From: Chlorokybus atmophyticus
Lineage: Eukaryota > Plantae > Mesostigma and Chlorokybus algae
Direction: 5' to 3'
DNA: 46,746 nt
Assembly: GCA_009103225.1 (NCBI GenBank)
Contig: RHPI01002532.1
Span: 1 to 46,746 of the forward strand
Part shown: positions 34,789 through 44,300 of the stretch, one piece after another
Layout: every line of letters starts with the position of its first letter
How positions within the stretch are numbered: position 1 is the stretch's first letter
Translations under genes and position numbers: made by a program
Notes under the pieces: model-generated
Seen by the model: only the letters and a program-made list of their open reading frames with translations
What the model was told of the DNA's origin: nothing
Database searches by the model: none

Positions 34789-35459
34789 GTGACGGTGCTC
34801 GTGCCTTGTCACCTGTGAGTTGGTCCAATCCACTACCCTCTCACCAAGACACGGTATTCACACCGGAACCTTGCCCCCTCTGCCAAGCACACACACGCGC
34901 CCCGCCACTCGCGTACGCACGCGCATGCGCTCGAAGCTACACACCGACTTGTGTAGCGCCTTGGATCGTCACACAAGCAAGCACACACCAGTGGCCACAC
35001 GCTAGCAACCCCTGCTAACCACCACCAAGCTTGCACACCAGAAACTAGGGAGCTAAAGGTTGTATTGCAAATTGTAGAATGTCACTTTTATACCTACCAG
35101 TCTGCACATGCTACTGTCTAGACGATTCTAGCGCTAGACGGAACTAGAAGCTAAGATATTCTTGCAGAATCTTGTAGTACACTTCTAGACCTTTCCAACG
35201 CACCAAAGATCTCCTAATTTGCTGCTCATATGGTCAAGTTATACTACTTGGCGCCAGGCCCTTCCAGAAATCTGGTCGAGCCCTTCTCGACTGGCCCTCC
35301 GTTTTCTGGCACCTTCCGGACTGGTCTTGGGGCCCCGGTCGATATCCGCGGCAGACTCATAACTCGCCGATATCCGCCACAAGTCATTAAAAACATGTAC
35401 CTTACAAATAAGGCCTAAAACGGCCATGAAAATCACAGAATTTGGCCTTGACTGTTACA
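34789..35459 (-). mobile_element. 3' LTR (671 bp) of the chromodomain gypsy
   Basis: The minus strand has PPT GGGGGGGGAGGAG then TGTAACAG at 35459. The other edge, TGTGACGG at 34789, is an imperfect inverted repeat of it. Minus-strand TATAAAA at 35086-35092. Confidence 0.8.
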
Positions 35460-37340
35460 CTCCTCCCCCCCCCGGTGAGCTTTGTCCTCGAAGCTCGCGA
35501 GGTTGTCGTCGAGCAAGATAGGCATGCACAACGTCTGGAGCATTAGTCAAGTGTGCCTCTGGCTCCCAGGATGCTTCATGCAACGGATAGCCCTTCCATT
35601 TCACTAAGAACTTGCGTACGCCATGCACAAACTTCTCACCAAGGATGTCTTCTACCTCCCACTCGGGTTCACCGTCCGTGCCAACTTCGGGGGGTGGCCT
35701 TTCTGGCGGTTGTCCTCGATATGCTTTCAGAAGGGAGACGTGAAAAACGGGGTGCACACGCATGGTGTCGGGTAGCTCCAACTTGTACGCCACGTCCGAG
35801 ATAACTTTGCTGACCTTAAATGGTCCCAACCAGCGTTCATTCAGCTTGCGAACTCCCGTACGCACCTGGACGTGCTTCGCGGAGAGTAACACAATGTTGC
35901 CTTCCTGAAACGTGAGGTGTCGGCGATGCGCGTCCGCGTACTGCTTCTGCCGATTTTGTGCCACCAATAACGCATCCCTAGCTACCTTGTTAATGTCCGC
36001 GCACTTTGTAAGGAAGTCATTAGCTGCCTCCACACGCACGTCATGTTGTCGCGGTGTCCATGCCGTCAACGGTGTCAATGGATGTTGCCCGTAGTTCATA
36101 AGGAAGGGAGTGACACCTGTGCTTGCATTGTGGTGGTTGTTGATCGCAAACTCAACCAACTCAAGCAGCTCCTCCCAATTGTCTTGTCGCGCGGTAACGT
36201 AGCAACGCAGCATGTCCTCGATCACACGGTTGGCCCGCTCCGTTTGCCCATCAGTTTGCGGGTGGAATGCCGTGCTAAACTTCAGTGTGGTACCCAGTGC
36301 ACTATGCAGCGCCTCCCAAAACTTACTTGTAAAGCGCGGGTCGCGATCACTCACAATGCTTCGTGGTAATCCATGAGAACGAAAAACATGCTTCACGAAC
36401 AAGCGTGCTGCCTCCGGTGCCGTGCAAGACTCACTACACGGTGCCAAGCGTACCATTTTGCTGGTTTTATCGACGAACACAAGTATAGCGTCGTACCCTT
36501 CTTTTGTCTTTGGTAGCCCCGTGATAAAGTCCATGGTAACTTGCTCCCACTTGAACAATGGCACAGGGAGAGGTTGCAGCAACCCACCTGGCTTTTGGTT
36601 GCTTGCCTTCACCCTTTGGCATGCGTCGCACAACGCCACGTAGTCGCGATGCATCTCTCGCCAGTAAAAACGCTGTTTTAAGCTGGCCAAAGTCCTTTCC
36701 AACCCTTGGTGACCAGCAATGGGCACGTCATAAGCTTCCTTCAGCAACTTCACACGGATATGCGCGACGTTGGGGATGTACAAGCGCCCATGGTGCCACA
36801 GCAGCCCGTCGCGCATTGACCAGTGCCCACTTGTGTCCGTAGCTGTATTTTTCAGCTCTTGCAACACTTTCATACCCTCCGTGTCTTCACGAAGCACTTG
36901 CCGAATCTGGTCGGTCCACTCGGGCTGCACTTGAGCGAGTGCCTCAATTGCATTAAGCCGGCTCAGCGCGTCAGCAACACCATTTGACGTACCGGGCTTG
37001 TACTTGATATCGAAGTCAAAAAGTTGAAAGAACTCAAGCCATCGAGCTTGTCTGCGACTCAGATGAGGTTGTGTTTGTAAGTACCTCAGTGGAGAGTGAT
37101 CCGTCTCAAACACGAACTTTTTGCCTTCTAGAAAACAACGCCATTGTCGTAGCGCAATGACTTGCGCTAAAAGTTCCTTCTCGTGCACGGGGTAATTCAG
37201 CTCCGCACCACTCATCTTCTTGCTGAAGAATGCTACTGGTTGAAGGCCGTTGCCATGGTGTTGCTGCAAAACAGCTCCTACGGCTGTGTCGGACGCGTCG
37301 CAAGCCAAAATAAATGTCTTTTCCATGTTGGGGTGAGCCA
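35455..37340 (-). mobile_element. Chromovirus (Ty3/gypsy) pol 3' half: RNase H, integrase and chromodomain, still open; RT side cut off
   Basis: FILACDAS and YPVHEKELLA; GHQG..CDAC; VTMDF / VSDRD / QTE triad; GPF motif; chromodomain WEVEDIL..FLVKWKGY...SWEPE. Confidence 0.95.
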
Positions 37341-37920
37341 CACGGAATTTTTTCCACGGACCAGCCCTGGTCCGCACGTACGGACCAGGGCCAAAACGCC
37401 CGGGCGGCTTGGGGTCCGGACCAGGGTCGCCCGCCTTGGTCTGCACGCGGGGACCAGGGCTGGTCCAAACAGTACGTAATTGTCCCACGGTCCCCCAAAA
37501 AACCGGGCCAGCCCTGGTTGCTGTTATCATGACGAGCGCAATGGGACCAATGCTGGTCTGCCATGCGTGTTGCTGCATGCACCAAGGATGGTCCGCTCTT
37601 GGCACAGTTCTGTCAAAAGCATCACCACTACTGGTCCCGAGTAGCAGGACCATCCTTGGTTCGCACTGTGGGACCATGCATGGTCTACTTGTATCTTAAT
37701 GTCTAGCCCAGATGGTCTGCAAGGATGGTCCCGACTTGTGGGACCAACCATGGCTCTGCTGGCGGGACCATGCCTGGTCCACACCCAACCATTTCTTTGT
37801 ACCAGCCGAATCTCACTGCATTGGTCCATGCTTGCATCCAGGGACCAGCATTGGTGCACGACACCCGCTGACATCCTGCACCAATGCTGGTCTATGACCC
37901 ATGCACCAGCAATTCACGGT
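37341..37920. mobile_element. Terminus and subterminal palindrome array of a CACTA-like DNA transposon inserted in the gypsy pol
   Basis: It starts CACGG exactly where pol homology (..AHPNMEK) stops. GGACCA-N4-TGGTC(C/T) occurs at 37358, 37451, 37544, 37671 and 37765, with many half-sites. Confidence 0.7.
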
Positions 37921-38579
37921 AACCCATTCTATTATATAGTGCGTGTCTGGCAATCAGCGAGACCTGCAAAGTGTCAAACATCTATGCTAACTACAGCAGT
38001 GTTCTCATAGCTACTAAGATCACCAGCGCTCATAGCTTGCCTATGATGAGACTGAGCGCATGCTGCGCACACCATGTGATCTCGGCACTGCACGCACACG
38101 TTCCTTCTGTTCCATACTCTGCTCCATACTTGCAAATGTAGACGGCCTTTCAGATGAACGAGTGCACGCCGCGTGCACCAACAACAGATTGTCGTAGACA
38201 CTGCGCACGCACACTGCATTTGAGCAACACCGCAACTGTAAAACACAATGTACATTTCTTAAAGAATAGACACGTAACAGTAGCAACATGCAACAGTTGC
38301 AACTTTGCACATCTCTGATACCTATCATTTGGAGGATGCCATCCTGCTTGGCTCCCATCGCCCCATGAAGCGGAACCTCTTGGGCTCAGGCGTTTCACTT
38401 TCATCCGGCATGCCTGCATGCACAATGAGTGGCTAATGTGTACAATCACATACACAGAGACCAGACTGCTCGTACATGGCACTATTAGCTTATAGCTTAC
38501 CAGCTTATGAGCATACCCTATAGACTGCATTGTGACACTGTGCATTGGTCACAGCTACCAAGCCTATGAGCGGTCTATA

Positions 38580-40913
38580 AGCTCAAAACATACCTGGCCG
38601 TTTCCTCGTGTTTATCCAGCCCAGCTGACCACCCTGCGTTGGGTCTTCGCCCAGCCACTTCTTCTTCATTGCAAACTGCACAACCGCTTGCATGATACGC
38701 TGTGTTGGAATGCTGTCCATCCGGGCCTGGTCTCGAAAGGGAAGAGGTGCCACGCTCTCCATCAGCGCCACCTGCTTCTTCCGCCAGAATTCCCATTGCC
38801 GGCCAACCTGCGCCCTAGTAGGTGTTTGCTCAGTGCCACAGCACACAGCCGCCAGCATCTCCAGCTTCCTCATCATCCACTGAAACCTCGTGGTCCTGCA
38901 TGGGCACATCATCAGCACAACCAGAAAGCACTTGAAACAAGGAATTACGCGCACATAGCTGACAAACCTGATCATCTTGCTGCGCATTGGTGTTCAGTTC
39001 TTCAAGTACTCTCGCCTGGCATTCCCCCATCCGGACGTGCCTATTGAAGCTGCATTCACCGTTTTCACAGACGCAGGTGCCCATCTGGCTCATGAACATA
39101 AGTGGCCACTCAACCGTCACGCTCTGCACTCCATCAGTTGTCAGTGTCATAGGCGGTTCACATGTGCACACTTTAGCCAACTACACGCGACGCACGTCTC
39201 GCACTTGATGACATGCAGTGACAAAAGCATAGACTGTGCGTGACTGACAATCACCAACTTACCTCTAGCTCGGCGCGTGTGTAATGATCCGGTGTCTTGC
39301 CATGCATGAGCCTTTGCGACCTGATAGGTATGAACGGCCGCACGCTGTCGTCCTCCACGCAAAACACTGGCAGCCAATTAATGATCTGCACGCTGTATGT
39401 GCGGCAGGGCTCATCCACCTCGGCAATCTCAAGGATGGTGGCAATGGCCACGGGCACACATGGGTCTTCACGACTTGAGGATTGCATATCGTCAAAGACT
39501 TTGTCTCGGTCGTAATCGTCTGCATGTCTGCACCTCATGAACAGGCATCGTGTTAGATAACACAACACAACAGCTGTACATTCAGCTTGCTTCACTTCTA
39601 GTGGAGTTGTCACAGTTCAGGGTTGCAATCATACATGCGCGCACACAGTCCTTACCTGAATTTGAGCCAAGTAGCCCGCAGCACGTCATCTGGAAGGGGC
39701 CCGTCGCTCAAGGGGCACCACAGAACGACTGTCTGCGAAGGGCTGTAATCGTCAGGGCTGAAAACTCTGCCCCACCCTACAGACCGGCGACGAGCAGCTG
39801 TGCCGTGTTTGGCAGTTCGCTCTGCTTCTCGAGCATGCGCACGGAGCTGGACCCGCTGCTCCCTGGACTGTCCTTGGCGTTCACCTCGTTCTTCTTTAAC
39901 GCCCCTCCGATAAGTCCATTGGCGTTGTATGAAATATGCCCGGATGTGCTCTGCCAAGCAAAAGTTATAAGGATGTCCACATGTCCAAAAAGCTGCTTTG
40001 GTCTCATAAGGTGGCACCGTCCAAGACACTCTACGACTTATGCATTTCCATAGCTGAGACCGTAGGACTCATAGGCACTGTCCAGTGTCTACGACTTATG
40101 CACTCCATTGCTGTGACCTAAAGACTCATAGGCACTGTCCAGTGTCTGCTTATGCAATCCATTGCTTCTAGATGCTCATAGGCACTGTTGTCAGCGTCTA
40201 CGACGTATGCGTTCCATTGCTGAGACCTAAGGACTCATAGGCACTGTCCAGTGTCTACGACTTATGCCATCCATTGCTGAGACCTAAGGACTCATAGGCA
40301 CTGTCCAGTGTTCCAGCTTGACAAACAGTAACCGACCAACAGTGGCACCACTAACCAGTAGTAAAAACAGCTGGATATACATGAAGACTAGCTGAATTCA
40401 GCTGAACAGCAAGCCATCAAGTAACGCGACAACTTGGCAAGTAGCGTGATATCAACTGACTTGCAACAGTGGCAACACTGATCAGCAGCAACAACAGCTT
40501 GAGGGCTAGCAAAGCTTGCTATATGCATGAATACGGGCTAGTTTCACCTGAACAGTTACCGATCTACACACAAGGCATTCAGAGCAAACCTTCACAGAAA
40601 ACAACTGACCTCTGGACATGCGGAGCTCTATGCCTTCCCCAAACACTAGAGGCTCCAGCTCCGGCTCTAACTCCTCACATAACCTCTCCAGCTTGGCAAT
40701 GCTGGCCTGCGCTGCATGATCCTTGCTCCGCTTGTCGAAATTCACCTCCTTCCAACCTGGACCAGGGATTTGCTCCCACTGTTTGAGCTTGTTGGTGATT
40801 TTGTCCATGTTTCGCACATGGGTGGGGTGCACAGAGGAAAAGTTGTCCCTCAGGAACCTGTCCCCAGTTTTCTGGCCGTTGTTGCCACAGTTGAACACTT
40901 GGCTGGCAGAAGG
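38580..40913 (-). pseudogene. Multi-exon gene of unknown function, probably disrupted; one part is weakly BAH-like
   Basis: Exon-like blocks ~40913-40589, 40030-39656, 39525-39263 and ~39230-38970 have GT donors. At least one stop and an unresolved junction. Confidence 0.45.
40031..40311. repeat. Minisatellite of ~5 x 57-58 bp in an intron
   Basis: Unit CTACGACTTATGC..TCCATTGCTGAGACCTAAGGACTCATAGGCACTGTCCAGTGT at 40031, 40089, ~40146, 40198 and 40255. Confidence 0.9.
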
Positions 40914-41330
40914 CACTGCGGTCACCATTGTTACACTATGCACAAAGCACCTAAGCTTCCAGGTGACAAAAGGCTCACACAGCAGTCTATAGCACGCGAC
41001 TTATTGCAGCTGCGATAACCAGTGCCGAAGTCGGACTGCGCACAACGCACAACACATGCGCACAACGCACGCGCGAGCGAACAAAACTTCCAAATGACGG
41101 AACCTGACAACAAACACTTCCAAATGAATCAACTTCCAGTGCCTGTGACCTAGGGTTCGTCGGAGCGGCCTATGCGGTCGCCTGTCACGCCGCCGGCAGC
41201 CTGATGTTTGGTGTGCCTAAGGTAGTTCTGGCGGTGCTGGCAGAGGTGTGGTAGCGGAGTGCTGGCTTGTGTTGCACAAGAGTGTTATCCAGTGCAAGTT
41301 GTTGCAGAGATCAGCAAGCTGAGAAACACC

Positions 41331-44300
41331 ATGGATGATGACATCCCTACCGTGTCGGCGGCATCGTCGACTTCAGAGGAGACTCGGAGGCAGCCTTCAC
41401 ACCAGCGGACTTTCTATTGGCACTGTCCCTACTGCAGAACAAATGTGAAGGCGGGCCATTTTAAGTCCAACGGGCTTCCAGAAACCACACACACCAAGAC
41501 TGCAAAGATCGCGCAGCACCTGCACATCAGATATTGCAGGTACATGCGCAGACGAACCAACCAGGGCGGCAGGGAGACAGCAGATGAGCTGAAGGGACGG
41601 ATGGGGGATTCTCTCTCCAAAGCAGTACGGGTGCGTGTGATGTTGTGAAAGTGCGTTTGTTCTTATGGACTTGTAGACTCATAGACGTTGTATGCATGCT
41701 AGTGAACTGATATTTGGGCAAAAGACTATGCAACAAAATTGACTTACGTGAAGCATATGTTGGCGTGCAGGCCCTGAATCATCCCAAACAAAGCAGAGTT
41801 TCCGTCGACAACGTGCGGAGAGTCACCGAGGAGTATCTGCGAAAGCATCACACTGGAGCCTTTGCATTTGTAAGCACATGCAGCATGCAACTGTTAGCGA
41901 AAAAAATGCCATTACAACGCCTTGGTTGCTAACCTTGTCGCTTGTTACACAGAACAAGAAATTCTGGGATGACGCTGAGCACGATTACAACAACATCCCC
42001 CTCTACCCGAAGGAGCAAACCACACCAAAGCGGACAAAGCGGCAGCGGCAGCAAGGTTCAGGTGTTGCCGCTGCAGGTTCAGCGGCAGAAGCGTCAACAG
42101 CGGAGGAAACCGAGTTCGACTTCGCTGCGACAGAGACGAGGGAGCCAGAGGAGCTTGAGGAACAACTTGAGGATGTGATGCAGGAGGGGTCGGAGGAGTC
42201 AGCGCAGAAGGCTACGGAGGAGGTGGCCGAATTGGAGCAGTCTGAGGAGGAAGAGGTGGTGCCACCTGCAAAGAAACCGAGGCATGCCAGCTGGCGAGGC
42301 ATGAAAATAGGAACGTCATCGGCAGCCGGCTCTCCCAGAACTCCCCAAACACCTGCGAGTATCCATGCGAATACTCATAGACTGCTCTGATCAGGACATG
42401 TGCGCGTTGTCTTATGTCATAGGCCGAGACAGTCTGTGAGTCAATAAATGTATATGATATCCTTACCATTGTCTTACACACAGGGTGGCAGGGTGAACCA
42501 ACCTGTAGCCGATGCCCCACAGGCTACTAAGCCAAGGCAACACCGATCAGCGCAGGCCCGTGAACTGGCTGTGACCAATGCTGCAGCCGAGGTCAATCGA
42601 TTCACCAAGACGGGGATGAACGCTGTGGAGTTGCCACCGCCATCAGAAGAACATCTGCGGGTGCGTCTTTGTTCGCATAATATCATGCATGCTGATCACA
42701 TGCCATGGGCGCCATGCTGCATGCACTGCTTAGTTGCAGCCTATGACAATTCACACCAACTTACCGTCACTTGTTGTTTGCAGAGTGACAGAGAGCTTCC
42801 CAACCGCAAGCGCATACATAGAGCGACCGGTGACCCATGGCAGCTGTGGACGAATGGTCCAATTCCCATAGGCGAACTCTTCCATTTTGCTGGCAAAGAG
42901 TTCGTCATCAAGCCTTCCAATATCCCTGGCGCAGGGCTCGGCTTGTTCACCTGCCAGCCTATTAAGAAGGGTGACCGCATCATGGTCTTTGACGGCAAGT
43001 GGTACTCCTACCGGGAGATGCAGAAGACATTCCCTCAGAAGGAGCACCTGCACCACCAGCGATACCACCTGCAGGTCATCAGGGACGTGCCACGCCGCCA
43101 GAGCCCTGTCATCGATGGCCACCCTCGATATGGGAACATAGCTGGCTTCCTCAACTCCAGCCGCGATACGCAGTACAAACCCAACTGCCACATCATGGAC
43201 TCCGTTGATGAGGCTGCGGTGCAGGCAGCTGAGGTTAGGAGTCAGAGTGACATCGCCGCCGGGGAAGAGCTGCTCATGGAATACGATCCCTTCCCTCCAC
43301 CTCCAGACGAGCAACCTACAGACCATGTGAGTATATGCAGCCTGTGGCTCGTGCCTATAGACATCACTTGCTCTGCCAGACACTGTCTCCTGCTGTTATA
43401 GACTGCATCTGTGAGAGCTGTGCGGTCTATGACCTTGTCATTCAGCATTGCAAACAATGTGCTGATCACCGTCTTACCTCAGGTCATGGAGTACTTTTTC
43501 GAGGCGGCCAGAGAAAAGTTTATCAAGGAGGCAACAGAGATGGCAGCTCGCCATGGCGTCGCGCTCGAAGACGGCGCGTACCTCGCCGCTTGCACTGCAC
43601 CGCGTCAAGCTGGTGAATCTTTAGGCGCCTACACATGGAGGGTGCTGAAACGACCACAAGTCGCCCGAAATCAAAGACAGAATGTAAGTGTTGAGAACGC
43701 TTCGTCAGTGCATGGTCGTACATGTCATTGTGCATTCATAGACTGCACTTGTGTCACCAGAACGACACAGTCAATCACACTGTCAGAGAGGCGTCTGTAC
43801 GCCTTTTAAAAGGGATATTTGACTCAGCTGAAAGCAAGTGCGCTGAGCTTACACGCGTGCTAGATAGACTATTCCTGCTGTTAAGACAGATAGACTCCAG
43901 AATAGAACAAGAGAAAGAACAGAGGGTATGTTTGTGTTATTAAACGTAAATGAGTTGTGTGTAATTCGTGTTCTAACTGGTGGTTATGATTCGCAGAAAC
44001 TTACCAAGGAAGTGTTCCGTAAGGCAGAGACTACAATTCGCAAAGGCCTTCAAGAGATTGCCGCTCAGGGCGCCATGGTGACACGGGCTGCAAATCAGCA
44101 CAGGCTGAAGGAGCAGGATTATCAGTCAAGAATCGAGAAGACCATTTTGTCCATGGTGCGCAATGGTCTGAATGAAAGCAGGCGACATTGGTTGACTGAG
44201 GAGCAGATAGCTGCCGTGCGCACCAATGTTCAAAACGCCCAAGATACGACTGCACAGTGGCAGGCTGAGCAAAAGCAATTGCAGCAACGCAACAAGGCGG

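Noticed and set aside
35455-37677. The 740-aa ORF as one real protein
   Set aside because: Its first ~110 codons come from the inserted palindrome array. Only 37340 downward is pol, so the open junction is probably chance.
40031-40311. CRISPR-like array
   Set aside because: The units are contiguous tandem copies with no unique spacers, there are no cas genes, and the context is a eukaryotic intron.
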